Shown in pieces: positions 1-9,224 of a stretch of 64,000 nt of DNA. The position numbers were made by a program, and so were the translations under genes. The stretch lies in NCBI GenBank assembly GCA_946403855.1, contig CAMJBH010000002.1:27063-91062 (forward strand), read 5' to 3'. Under the pieces are notes generated by a model, which saw only the letters and a list, made by a program, of their open reading frames with translations, was not told the DNA's origin and made no database searches. The DNA is from an uncultured Bacteroidales bacterium (lineage in GTDB: Bacteria > Bacteroidota > Bacteroidia > Bacteroidales > UBA932). Position 1 is the stretch's first letter, and every line of letters begins with the position of its first letter.

Positions 1-2
1 CC

Positions 3-1265
3 CTCGTGGCCCGCGGCTGGGGCAAGTGCTGTATCGTAGGATGCGAGTCCATGAAGATCAACCTTGCCGCCCGCAGCGTCAGCTTCGGCGGAACCACCTA
101 TAAAGAAGGTGACTGGTTCTCACTCAACGGTTCAAAGGGATATGTATATGCAACCAAGATCGACACCATGGATGCCAGCGAGAACCCTCTGTTCATCCGC
201 TTCATGGAGATTGTAGATAAATTCCGCCGTCTTGGCATACGTACCAACGCTGACACCCCGGAAGATGCGGCACGCGCCCTTTCTTTCGGAGCTGAAGGTA
301 TCGGTCTCTTCCGTATCGAGCATATGTTCTACGGCAAGAATTCCGAGGTGCCCCTGGCAAAACTCCGCAAGATGATACTCTCCGACACCAACGAAGAGCG
401 CAAAGCGGCCCTCGATGAGCTCGAGCCCTTCATGAAGGCGTCTGTTAAGAGCACTCTCAAGATCATGGACGGCAAGCCTGTGGTATTCCGTCTTCTGGAT
501 CCTCCTCTGCACGAGTTCGTACCCAAGGGAGCCGACAAGGAGAAGGAACTGGCCGACGAGCTTGGCATCTCCGTCTCCGATGTCGAGAAGCGCGGCGAGA
601 ACCTGCATGAGGTCAACCCCATGATGGGACACCGCGGAGTCCGTCTGCACGTGACTTATCCTCTCATCGCCGAGACTCAGTACCGCGCCATCTTCACGGC
701 CGAGGCTGAGCTTCAGAAAGAGGGCTTCCACCCCATCCCCGAGATTATGATCCCTGTCACCGTGTCCGAGCGCGAGCTTCGCTTCCAGAAGGCTATCTGC
801 GTGAAGATCAAGGCAGAAGTCGAAGCGGCCACCAACGAGGTCCTGGACTTCAAGTTCGGCACCATGATCGAGATCCCTCGTGCCGCTCTCACCGCAGACC
901 GCATGGCCCGTACCGCCGAGTTCTTCAGCTTCGGTACCAATGACCTTACCCAGATGACTTTCGGCTTCAGCCGCGACGATGTGGGTACCTTCATGGGTGA
1001 TTATCTCGGCAACAAGATCCTCGACAGCGATCCTTTCCAGACCATAGACGTGAAGGCCGTTGGCAAGCTCGTCGAACTGGGTATCCAGGGCGGCCGCAGC
1101 AAGCGTCCCGACCTCAAGTGCGGCGTGTGCGGCGAGCATGGCGGCGATCCCGACTCCGTGCACTTCTTCAACCGCATAGGTGTGGACTACGTGAGCTGCT
1201 CACCTTTCCGTGTGCCTATCGCACGTCTTGCTGCAGCCCAGGCTGCAATCAAGCAGAGCGCATAA
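3..1265 (+). CDS. ppdK: Pyruvate, phosphate dikinase, 5'-truncated by the window edge
   Basis: PEP-utilising enzyme motifs GAEGIGLFRIEHMF, EVNPMMGHRG, MIEIPRAAL, FFSFGTNDLTQ, CGEHGGDP. The frame is open from base 3. Confidence 0.96.
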   Translation, partial: LVARGWGKCCIVGCESMKINLAARSVSFGGTTYKEGDWFSLNGSKGYVYATKIDTMDASENPLFIRFMEIVDKFRRLGIRTNADTPEDAARALSFGAEGIGLFRIEHMFYGKNSEVPLAKLRKMILSDTNEERKAALDELEPFMKASVKSTLKIMDGKPVVFRLLDPPLHEFVPKGADKEKELADELGISVSDVEKRGENLHEVNPMMGHRGVRLHVTYPLIAETQYRAIFTAEAELQKEGFHPIPEIMIPVTVSERELRFQKAICVKIKAEVEAATNEVLDFKFGTMIEIPRAALTADRMARTAEFFSFGTNDLTQMTFGFSRDDVGTFMGDYLGNKILDSDPFQTIDVKAVGKLVELGIQGGRSKRPDLKCGVCGEHGGDPDSVHFFNRIGVDYVSCSPFRVPIARLAAAQAAIKQSA

Positions 1266-1285
1266 TCGAAGTTTTTTTTACAATC

Positions 1286-1334
1286 AGAGGGTGGCTGGAA
1301 AGTCGGGAGACAGACAGCTGCCCTCTCTTCTTTT
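1286..1334 (+). terminator. Rho-independent terminator after ppdK
   Basis: Stem AGAGGGTGGCTG (1286-1297) / CAGCTGCCCTCT (1315-1326) followed by CTTCTTTT. Confidence 0.7.
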
Positions 1335-1394
1335 AATTGGCGCGGAATTTGGTTAATATGCAAATAAAAGCTATATTTACACTTCGAGATTAGA

Positions 1395-1790
1395 ATGAAA
1401 AGGATACTGTTAATAATGAGCTTGGTGCTTGCCGCTCTTTCTTTTGCTCCTCAGGAGGCCGTCGCCCAACGCAAGTCGGATGAACCCCTTATCGTGTTCG
1501 AGCACAGATACAATCCCGACTGGCACATGAAGATGCGCCTCTCCAAGCTCAAGACTTATAACTGGCTCCTCCCGGGCAGTCTCAGGCGTGAGATAGGAGA
1601 CGATTATTATCCGGCGATAAGGCGCGACCTTGCCACTGCCGACAAAACCAAATACAAAGAAGGGGAGGCTGAGGTGGAACGTTATCCGGACGGAAAGGTG
1701 AAGCTGAAGCTGATTTTCCCGAATTTTGTGATGACTATAAGCAACGTCACCTGGGAACAGCTAGATGTAGTCTTCTCCGAGTACTTTTAA
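1395..1790 (+). CDS. Hypothetical secreted protein
   Basis: 131-aa ORF with a signal peptide (MKRILLIMSLVLAAL...AVAQ) and an AT-rich upstream region. Confidence 0.75.
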   Translation: MKRILLIMSLVLAALSFAPQEAVAQRKSDEPLIVFEHRYNPDWHMKMRLSKLKTYNWLLPGSLRREIGDDYYPAIRRDLATADKTKYKEGEAEVERYPDGKVKLKLIFPNFVMTISNVTWEQLDVVFSEYF

Positions 1791-1802
1791 TTGTCAAGGC
1801 CT

Positions 1803-2780
1803 ATGAGAAAATTATTCACTTCCATTTTACTGGCACTGATTACAAACTTCTGCATTTCGTGCACTCCGGCACCGGTCCCCGATAAAGACGAGGACAATAC
1901 TGACCCTGTGCCCGAAAAGCCGGTTGTCCCTGTTGAAGACCCCGAGCCTGACGACCCCGAGCCCGACGACCCCGAGCCCGAGGGACCGACAGTGAGCTTC
2001 AGGCTTATGTCTTTCAATATTCTGCAGGCTACTTCAGAGACGGCAGGCCATGAGTGGGCAACGGTCCGCAAGCCTGCCTGCCTGAAAATGTTCAGGGATA
2101 TCAATCCGGATATAGTCTGCGTGCAGGAATGCCGCAAATCGCAGTGTTCCGACCTCGAAACGGCGCTCCCGGCCTATGCTCAGATAAAATATCCCAAAGA
2201 CGGCATTGAATCCAACGGCGGCCAGCGCAACCTCATAATGTACAAGCCAGCTCTCTTCAAGATGCTGGGGTGGGATAAATTCTGGTTCAGCGAAGACGGC
2301 ACTCCGTCCGGAGGCCGGTGGGGCGACGACGCCACCACGCAGAAGATGACGATCTTTGCCAAGTTCCAGCACAAATCCACCGGCAAAGTGTTCTGGGTGT
2401 ATTGTACGCACTTTTTTGCCAAGTGCAACCTGGAGACATCCCGTCCCCACTGCGTGGAGATGAGCCTAGAGAGCATAAAGAAGCAGGCAGGTGCAGACGG
2501 GACTGTATTTTTCTGCGGCGACTTGAACCTTGAACCGGCTAATCCGGTTCTGAAACCCATGTTTGATTACATGCACCACGCCGCCACAGATGCCGAACAG
2601 TCCGACGGCGTGAATACCATAACCTATAACGGTTTCCGCACCACTAACCTCAAGGTGCTCGACCATATTTTCTACCGCAATGCTAAGGCCCGTACCTATA
2701 AGGTAGTAAACAGCCAGACCGACTACGGGACCAATTGGATATCCGATCATTACCCTATCTATTCAGATATTGATTTCTAG
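1803..2780 (+). CDS. Endonuclease/exonuclease/phosphatase (EEP) family lipoprotein
   Basis: Lipobox CISC, acidic Pro-rich linker, motifs MSFNI, PDIVCVQE, GDLN, LDHIF, SDHYP. ATG 1803 preferred over TTG 1791. Confidence 0.9.
   Translation: MRKLFTSILLALITNFCISCTPAPVPDKDEDNTDPVPEKPVVPVEDPEPDDPEPDDPEPEGPTVSFRLMSFNILQATSETAGHEWATVRKPACLKMFRDINPDIVCVQECRKSQCSDLETALPAYAQIKYPKDGIESNGGQRNLIMYKPALFKMLGWDKFWFSEDGTPSGGRWGDDATTQKMTIFAKFQHKSTGKVFWVYCTHFFAKCNLETSRPHCVEMSLESIKKQAGADGTVFFCGDLNLEPANPVLKPMFDYMHHAATDAEQSDGVNTITYNGFRTTNLKVLDHIFYRNAKARTYKVVNSQTDYGTNWISDHYPIYSDIDF
1938..1982 (+). repeat. 15-bp in-frame tandem repeat encoding (DPEPD/E)x3 linker
   Basis: gaccccgagcc(t/c)ga(c/g) three times. Confidence 0.8.
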
Positions 2781-2785
2781 CGTTT

Positions 2786-4006
2786 ATGGCAGATTTCTTC
2801 AAACGTGCCGGACTTCCGCGCCAGCTGTTGTGGGGCTTTGCGGGCGTGCTCATCTTCATGATGGGCGACGGCGTGGAGCAGACATGGCTGAGTAAGTACA
2901 TCACCGGCCAGGGCTTCAATTCAGCCGACCTCTTTGCTGTATACGGCGTCACCGTGGCCATATCTTCGTGGCTCTCCGGTGTTATCGCCGAGACTTTCGG
3001 CGTCAAGCGCACCATGCTTGCCGGTTTCATACTGTATGTCATCGGTGTGGCCGGTTTTGCGGGAATCGGCATGGCGCAGATGAATTTCCCGGTCCTGCTT
3101 GCCACCTACGCCGTGAAGGGCCTCGGCTATCCGCTGTTTGCTTACACCTTCATGGTGTGGATAACCTACAGGGTGGAACAGGATTCCCTGAGTTCCGCCC
3201 AGGGCTGGTTCTGGTTCGTGTTTACCGGAGGCCTTAACGTGCTGGGTGCGTACTGGGGCATTTTTGCCTACACCCATTTCGGAGTTCAGGCAACTCTCTG
3301 GTCCGCCGTCGTATTTGCAGTCATAGGCGCCCTGTTCGCCCTGTGGCTCAATAAGGCACCGTCGGACAACAAGTTCGCCTCCCGGGACAGTGCAGAAGGC
3401 GGCAGCAGAATCAAAGCGCTGTTCAAGGGACTGTCCATCCTGGGCAGGGAGCCCAAGGTCCTGATGGGTGGAATAGTGCGTATAATCAACACCGCATCTC
3501 AGTTCGCTTTTATAGTTTTCCTGCCGCTATATATGTCGGAATACGGGCTCAGCGATACTCAATGGGCTTCTATATGGGGAATAATATTCCTATTTAATAT
3601 AATATTCAATCTGGTATTCGGAATAGTGGGCGACAAGATAGGCTGGAATAAAACGATTACCTGGTTCGGATGTGTGGGATGCGCCGTGAGCGTACTGCTG
3701 TTTTACTATTCTCCCCAGATCATCAACCAGTATTGGTTCATCTTGCTTTGCGGCTCGCTGTGGTGCATTTGCCTGGCAGGTTTTGTGCCGCTGTCGGCCC
3801 TGGTGCCCTCGCTGGTGGAGTCAGACAAAGGTGCGGCCGTCTCCGTGCTGAATCTTGGCGCAGGTGCATCGGCATTCGTCGGACCGCTGTTGGTCCGCGT
3901 GCTCGAAAGGCCGGTAGGCTACACCGGAATTGCCTGGATTTTAGCCGGATTGTATCTCGTAAGTGCCGTTCTGATGCGTTTTATCGGCGATAAAGCTCAA
4001 AAATAA
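2786..4006 (+). CDS. MFS transporter, RbtT/DalT/CsbX-like (polyol/sugar permease)
   Basis: About 12 hydrophobic helices. Motifs LIFMMGDGVEQ, GLGYPLFAY, GWFWFVFTGGL, VLNLGAG typical of this family. Confidence 0.85.
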   Translation: MADFFKRAGLPRQLLWGFAGVLIFMMGDGVEQTWLSKYITGQGFNSADLFAVYGVTVAISSWLSGVIAETFGVKRTMLAGFILYVIGVAGFAGIGMAQMNFPVLLATYAVKGLGYPLFAYTFMVWITYRVEQDSLSSAQGWFWFVFTGGLNVLGAYWGIFAYTHFGVQATLWSAVVFAVIGALFALWLNKAPSDNKFASRDSAEGGSRIKALFKGLSILGREPKVLMGGIVRIINTASQFAFIVFLPLYMSEYGLSDTQWASIWGIIFLFNIIFNLVFGIVGDKIGWNKTITWFGCVGCAVSVLLFYYSPQIINQYWFILLCGSLWCICLAGFVPLSALVPSLVESDKGAAVSVLNLGAGASAFVGPLLVRVLERPVGYTGIAWILAGLYLVSAVLMRFIGDKAQK

Positions 4007-4018
4007 AACAAAAAAAAG

Positions 4019-4049
4019 TTGCACAAGAAAAATATTCTATATAAATTTG
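4019..4049 (+). promoter_or_regulatory. Bacteroidetes sigma-A promoter for the large surface lipoprotein
   Basis: -7 box TAAATTTG at 4042-4049 and TTGC 19 nt upstream. Confidence 0.65.
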
Positions 4050-4174
4050 CGCGTTAATATGTTTCTTGGACCAGAGGGTATTGCACCCAAATGGTCTCTG
4101 AAATGTACAGGCAAGGTTACTAAACCCTAGAACAAAATAAATTTTTATAATTAACTTTTTAAACAATTTAATGT

Positions 4175-7100
4175 ATGAAAAAAATCTTTAGATTCGCAAT
4201 TGTGTGCGCTCTCGCGGGTGCAGCACTTTTGACTGGATGTACCAAAGATTTCACCTCCGACATTAAGAATCTTGAGGACAAGATTGCAGGTCTGGAAAAT
4301 CAGATCGGCGAACTTGACAAGGCTATTAAGGCCGGAGCTCTCATCTCTGATGTGCAGACCACATCCGAGGGCATCGTTGTTACTCTGAACAACGGTAAGT
4401 CCTACACTGTCTACAATGGCGCCAAGGGCGACAAGGGCGACAAGGGCGACAAAGGTGACAAAGGTGACAAGGGCGACAAAGGTGACAAAGGTGACAAGGG
4501 CGACAAGGGCGACAAGGGCGACAAGGGCGACCAGGGCGATCCCGGTAAGGACGCTGATGTCTGGACCATCGGCCCTGACGGCTACTGGTACAAGAATGGC
4601 ACCGTCACCGAGTTCAAAGCCAAGGGCGACAAGGGCGACAAAGGTGACAAGGGTGACAAAGGCGACAAGGGCGACACCGGTAACTACTGGATGCCTGACG
4701 TAGAGAACGACCAGTGGGTCGAGTACACCAACGCCGGCGAGAAGACTGGCAAGACCATCAAGCCTCTCCTCCCTGCTAACACTCTTACCGCTATCTGGAA
4801 CACAGAAGACAACACTCTCACCTTCGCAAATGTTCAGGACGAGAAGGGTAACTACATTACCAAGACTCTTGATCTGAATGCTACTCTTTCCAGCATCGTT
4901 GTGGAGCCTGAGTTCTACTTCGAGGGCATCGAGGGTATTGCATACCGCTACGCTGACTCTCTCTATCTGAAGAAACCCGCAGGTTCTGCCGAGGGTACCG
5001 ACGATGAGGGCGCTGCTTTCAAGATCTCCAACAAGAACAAGGCTGAAGTCAGCACCAAGAAGTACGAGCTCGATCCTAACGAGATCGCTTACTATTGGAT
5101 CAACCCTGCAGCATATGATCTCAAAAAGGCTTCTGACTGGGGCTTCCAGTGCTTCGACAAGAAGGTTATCACCCGTGCTGCTAAGTGGGATGCCGATGTT
5201 ATCAATGTTGCAAGAGTTTGGGAAGGTGAGGACAACATTTCTGAAGTTACCTTCACCATCGAGGGTGCAAAGAACCTCAATCCTGAGGGACAGGTTTCCG
5301 TGCTTTCTCTCTATGCTTATGACACTGTCAATGACAACAACTATGTGAATTCCGACCTCGCAGCTGTCGTTCCTTTCAAGGAAGGTTTCGCTGCTCTGTC
5401 CTTCACAAATACCTATAAGGCACATGACTGCGCTCTGGACACTGACGAGCTTTACACTACAGCCCAGGAGGCTGCTGAGAACAAGGCAAGCGTCGAGGTT
5501 CAGTACAATGGCGGCGGCGTTGACCTCAGCTTCATCGGCGTGCACATGTTCAAGGAAGGCGACAAGCCTCACACTATGGGCAAAGAGGAAGTTGCTTACA
5601 CCATGGAAGCTCTCCAGAAGCGTTATCCTGGTCTCGCACTCAAGTTCGAGTTCGTTCCTTGCACCATCGGTAGCAACACTACTCCTGAGGAAGCTTTCGG
5701 TATCCTCGAGGGAAGCACCTACTATCCTGCATATGCTGACCTGAGCGGCAAGCCCGTCAAGATCACCGAGACCACCGACGAACTCCACGGTATCTCCGCA
5801 GTCGGTCGTAAGCCCATAGTGCTCGTGACCCTCGTTGACACCGACAACAACAATGAGATCGTTCTCGCTGGCTACTTCAAGATCATCATCAAGAAGGAAG
5901 TTAAGGAGCCCGTTTCCAAGGACTTCATCCTGAAGGACTTCGGCACCGTTCCTTACATCTGCACCACCACTGAGAAGACCACTGCATGGGCAGATATGTC
6001 CTACACCATCCTCGAGAAGGAGCTCAAGACTGACTACAAGCAGTTCCGTGACGACTTCACCTGGACCGCAAACAAGACCTTCATCAAGGATGCTACCGGC
6101 AAGTTCGTTGAGGACAACACTAAGGGTGATGTGGTTTACATTCCTGAGACCACCTCTATGGGTGCTATCAACGATATCTTCAAGGTCACTGTTACCAAGA
6201 AGCAGGCCGACAAGATTGGCAAGGGCAAGGATGTAACTCTCTATGCACAGTTCACAAGCGGCGCAAGCGTTGTTTACATTGGCTTCAAGATTGGTATCGG
6301 CACTGTCGGTAACGTCAAGTTCGGTACTCACAACCCTAAATACTGGTTCGACGAGCTCGATTCCAAGTATGGTGACAAGAGCCAGACTGTACGTCACAAC
6401 GTCCGTATCCCTAACACCTATATGAGTGGCAGCGGTGACGACGTGAAGGATTACTCCAAGAAGATCGACGATGCATGGCTCGCAGTCAAGCAGGCAGACG
6501 GTTCCTTCAAGAACATGCCTCAGGTTACCCCTGCAAAGGTTGCCGGTGTCGATGTTCTCTATGAGTACAAGTTCGCTCCCGCAGCTTCTCAGCCTAAGAT
6601 CAATGGCAAGCAGTGGGGTGTCAAGGACGACGGTAAGACCCTTACCTGGGACGGCAAGAATGTTGCCACCATCGATCCTTCCAATGGTCTTGTTACCTAC
6701 CTCTGCGAGGATACTCCTAAGAAACTCCTCAACCTCTGGCCTTACAATGCTGAGGAAATCAGCAAGATTCTCTGGTGCGACGTTATCCTCCGCGCTTATG
6801 TAGCTGACAAGGAAACTGATTGCAACCTCGAGCTTGGCTCTGAACTCATCCACGTGAGGTTCCTCCGTCCTGTCGAATTCGCCAAGGGTGCTGCAGGAGA
6901 ACTGGTTGACGGTGTTCCTACCGGTGACCGTCTCGAGATCGGTAAGATCTTCAGCGCTACCGATTGGCAGGGATTCAAGATCTTCTGGTATGATGAGACT
7001 GCAGGTGAGTACAAGAAGGGTTACTATCCTGAGGGACTCGATGAGACCACTACTCCTAAGGCTGACATTGACTGGTATGGTTACTATGGCTTTAGCAAGC

Positions 7101-7411
7101 TCATCATCGATGTTGACAAGGTTGAAACCGATCAGAATGGTTCCTTCAAGCTCCTCAAGGAGGTCAACTCTGAGGCTAAGTGCTGGGTCTGCGACAAGGC
7201 CGCTCCTATGACTCCGGTTTCTCCTGCTGAGGTTGATCTTACCGACATCAACAATCTCCAGAAGTACATGTTCACTTACTTCAACAACATGGGTGTTGTG
7301 GAAGACTTCCACCTGAGGATCCCTTACACCATCCAGTATGCTTGGGGTGACTACAACGACTATGTCGATGTTCTGGTCCGCAAGACCTACACTCCGAAAG
7401 TTGGTGAATAA
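4175..7411 (+). CDS. Large cell-surface lipoprotein with N-terminal coiled coil (DUF4988/PL29-N-like) and collagen-like GDK repeats
   Basis: Lipobox LTGC, heptad segment IKNLEDKIAGLENQIGEL, (GDK)n blocks, WTIGPDGYWY motif. Strongly biased codon usage suggests high expression. Confidence 0.85.
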   Translation: MKKIFRFAIVCALAGAALLTGCTKDFTSDIKNLEDKIAGLENQIGELDKAIKAGALISDVQTTSEGIVVTLNNGKSYTVYNGAKGDKGDKGDKGDKGDKGDKGDKGDKGDKGDKGDKGDQGDPGKDADVWTIGPDGYWYKNGTVTEFKAKGDKGDKGDKGDKGDKGDTGNYWMPDVENDQWVEYTNAGEKTGKTIKPLLPANTLTAIWNTEDNTLTFANVQDEKGNYITKTLDLNATLSSIVVEPEFYFEGIEGIAYRYADSLYLKKPAGSAEGTDDEGAAFKISNKNKAEVSTKKYELDPNEIAYYWINPAAYDLKKASDWGFQCFDKKVITRAAKWDADVINVARVWEGEDNISEVTFTIEGAKNLNPEGQVSVLSLYAYDTVNDNNYVNSDLAAVVPFKEGFAALSFTNTYKAHDCALDTDELYTTAQEAAENKASVEVQYNGGGVDLSFIGVHMFKEGDKPHTMGKEEVAYTMEALQKRYPGLALKFEFVPCTIGSNTTPEEAFGILEGSTYYPAYADLSGKPVKITETTDELHGISAVGRKPIVLVTLVDTDNNNEIVLAGYFKIIIKKEVKEPVSKDFILKDFGTVPYICTTTEKTTAWADMSYTILEKELKTDYKQFRDDFTWTANKTFIKDATGKFVEDNTKGDVVYIPETTSMGAINDIFKVTVTKKQADKIGKGKDVTLYAQFTSGASVVYIGFKIGIGTVGNVKFGTHNPKYWFDELDSKYGDKSQTVRHNVRIPNTYMSGSGDDVKDYSKKIDDAWLAVKQADGSFKNMPQVTPAKVAGVDVLYEYKFAPAASQPKINGKQWGVKDDGKTLTWDGKNVATIDPSNGLVTYLCEDTPKKLLNLWPYNAEEISKILWCDVILRAYVADKETDCNLELGSELIHVRFLRPVEFAKGAAGELVDGVPTGDRLEIGKIFSATDWQGFKIFWYDETAGEYKKGYYPEGLDETTTPKADIDWYGYYGFSKLIIDVDKVETDQNGSFKLLKEVNSEAKCWVCDKAAPMTPVSPAEVDLTDINNLQKYMFTYFNNMGVVEDFHLRIPYTIQYAWGDYNDYVDVLVRKTYTPKVGE
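4418..4687 (+). repeat. Two blocks of 9-bp tandem repeats (ggcgacaag/ggtgacaaa) encoding collagen-like Gly-X-Y
   Basis: 4418-4552 has 15 triplets including 11 GDK. 4625-4687 has 7 triplets including 5 GDK. Confidence 0.95.
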
Positions 7412-7432
7412 TCACTACTCTTGATTTGAAAT

Positions 7433-7463
7433 ATGGCGCGTCTCTGTGAGGCGCGCCATTTTT
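7433..7463 (+). terminator. Rho-independent terminator after the surface lipoprotein
   Basis: ATGGCGCGTCTC-TGT-GAGGCGCGCCAT followed by a T run. Confidence 0.85.
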
Positions 7464-7475
7464 ACCTTAAATAAA

Positions 7476-8024
7476 ATGAAGATTAAGTATATCCTTTTTG
7501 CATTTGTAGCATTCATTGCCGCTTCTTGCAACAATGCACCTAAGATTGTTACGTATCAAGATGCGGAGCGTGAGTTTGTCTCTTCCCTTACTCAGAGTGA
7601 TACGCTTGGGGTTATTGCCTCTACGAATGCTTTTATGGAGTCTCTGAAGAACGGAGACATTGATGCTGCTATCAGCAAACTTACTGTTCTTGACGGTGAT
7701 GTACTGTATGCTCTTGGAGACGAGTCGCTTAAAGAGCTTAAGACTCGTTTTCAGAATTTCCCTGTGGCTGATTATACTCTTCTCCGTTATAGCTTTTCCA
7801 CGCAGGGACTCAATGATGTGGTTTATCGTTATTCCTTTGACGGGCCTCTCTCCGACGCTGCTGGTATGAAACTTGTTTTCAATCCGATAAAAGTAGGTGA
7901 TACTTGGTATCTTTCCCTTAAGGACGGAAGCCAGTCAAGCAAGGATAAGACTGTTGATAGGCAGATTCATCCCATGTCTCCGGCTCCTGCACCTATTAAA
8001 CTTAATATCAAGCAGTCCAATTGA
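7476..8024 (+). CDS. Hypothetical lipoprotein
   Basis: Lipobox IAASC after ATG 7476. The ORF-track start at 7446 lies inside the terminator. Confidence 0.75.
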   Translation: MKIKYILFAFVAFIAASCNNAPKIVTYQDAEREFVSSLTQSDTLGVIASTNAFMESLKNGDIDAAISKLTVLDGDVLYALGDESLKELKTRFQNFPVADYTLLRYSFSTQGLNDVVYRYSFDGPLSDAAGMKLVFNPIKVGDTWYLSLKDGSQSSKDKTVDRQIHPMSPAPAPIKLNIKQSN

Positions 8025-9067
8025 GACTTTTATTAGGTATATTGCTTACTTTGTCCCTGTCGGGAAGTCCGGCCGTCAAGTTTGACTCGATGGTCAAGGA
8101 CTTTGGTGTGCAGTCACGTTCGGTCAATGAACTGAGTTGTGACTTCAGTTTTACCAATACTTCATCGAAGCCCGTTAGTGTCAGGTATGCGGTTCCTAAT
8201 TGCAGCTGTACTACTGCCCGTTGGACCCAGGGAGAAATAGCCCCTGGGGCTTCGGGAGTTGTGACAGTCAAGTATGTCCGGGAGCGTTACGCTTCCAGTT
8301 TCGAAAAACTTATTTCTGTGTTCTTCACCGGAGAAAAGAAGCCGGTAATACTTAGGATTGCAGGTTCATTTGTAGATGACGATGAGTCTCTTTCTTCGCA
8401 ATTCCCATATCGGCACTCCGTTCTTGGCTTCGACGAAGCTGACTTTGACTTTGGCGAGGTCCATCCCGGCCAGCAAAAACTTCATTCGTTTGTCGTTGCC
8501 AATCTTTCCCAGAAGTCTGCAACCTTGTCTTTCAGCGGCCTGCCTGACGGAGTGTCCACCATCGAGCCGGAGTTTCTGATTTACCCTAAGTCGCGTAAGG
8601 AGATTGTGTTTTATTATACTCCCGATTCAACCTCTTGGGGACGAAGGCAGTGTAAAGTCGTTCCAAAGGTGAACGGAAAGGAATCGGACGCGGTTGATTT
8701 CAAAGCTGTCGTTCTCGATGACTTCAGCACACTTAGCAGCGAGCAGGTAAACTCCGGCGCTTATTATAGTTTTGCTTCCGAAGTCAATCACTTCGGGATT
8801 ATACGGTCCGGCTCTTCCGCCTCGGCGCGTGTGGGTCTGATCAATGAATCGGATACTGAGCTGTATATCAGGGATGTATCCTCTTTGACTGGCGGGATAA
8901 CTGTTGATTATCCTGCTGTCGTAGGGCCCAGGCAAAAGGCCTGGCTCAATATCAGCATTAGTCCTTCTGCCCTTGTCAAGGGTGGAAACACCATTTTGTT
9001 TTCGATTGTAACCAATTCTCCGCTCAAGCCTTATGCAGAGTTTGAAGTTAAAGGCGTCGTGGAATAA
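8021..9067 (+). CDS. DUF1573-like Ig-fold repeat protein
   Basis: KDFG...FSFTNTSSKPV...PNCSCT...IAPGASG signature, with two further DFG/HFG Ig-like repeats. TTG start overlaps the upstream stop. Confidence 0.8.
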   Translation: MRLLLGILLTLSLSGSPAVKFDSMVKDFGVQSRSVNELSCDFSFTNTSSKPVSVRYAVPNCSCTTARWTQGEIAPGASGVVTVKYVRERYASSFEKLISVFFTGEKKPVILRIAGSFVDDDESLSSQFPYRHSVLGFDEADFDFGEVHPGQQKLHSFVVANLSQKSATLSFSGLPDGVSTIEPEFLIYPKSRKEIVFYYTPDSTSWGRRQCKVVPKVNGKESDAVDFKAVVLDDFSTLSSEQVNSGAYYSFASEVNHFGIIRSGSSASARVGLINESDTELYIRDVSSLTGGITVDYPAVVGPRQKAWLNISISPSALVKGGNTILFSIVTNSPLKPYAEFEVKGVVE

Positions 9068-9083
9068 ATATACTAAATACAAT

Positions 9084-9212
9084 ATGATCAAACCTTTGTT
9101 TTACACCGCTCCACAAATAGAAGAGAGCGAACTCCTCCAGAGCAGCCTGATCTGCTACAGCGGAGATAATGAGAATTATGGAGACAATCCGTTTGAATGG
9201 CCAACCCCTTAA
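9084..9212 (+). CDS. 42-aa small peptide MIKPLFYTAPQIEESELLQSSLICYSGDNENYGDNPFEWPTP, absent from the ORF track
   Basis: Translated by hand. It fills the intergenic gap, has an AT-rich leader, and stops just before the next gene. Confidence 0.7.
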   Translation: MIKPLFYTAPQIEESELLQSSLICYSGDNENYGDNPFEWPTP

Positions 9213-9224
9213 ACTATGTTAAAT

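Noticed and set aside
4418-4687. Regular short repeats as a possible CRISPR array
   Set aside because: They are contiguous 9-bp in-frame coding repeats with no spacers and no cas genes.
4151-7312. 1053-aa antisense ORF, and similar ones opposite ppdK, ompA, typA and asnS
   Set aside because: They mirror the real genes codon for codon. Strong codon bias removes antisense stops, and the products show no family motifs.
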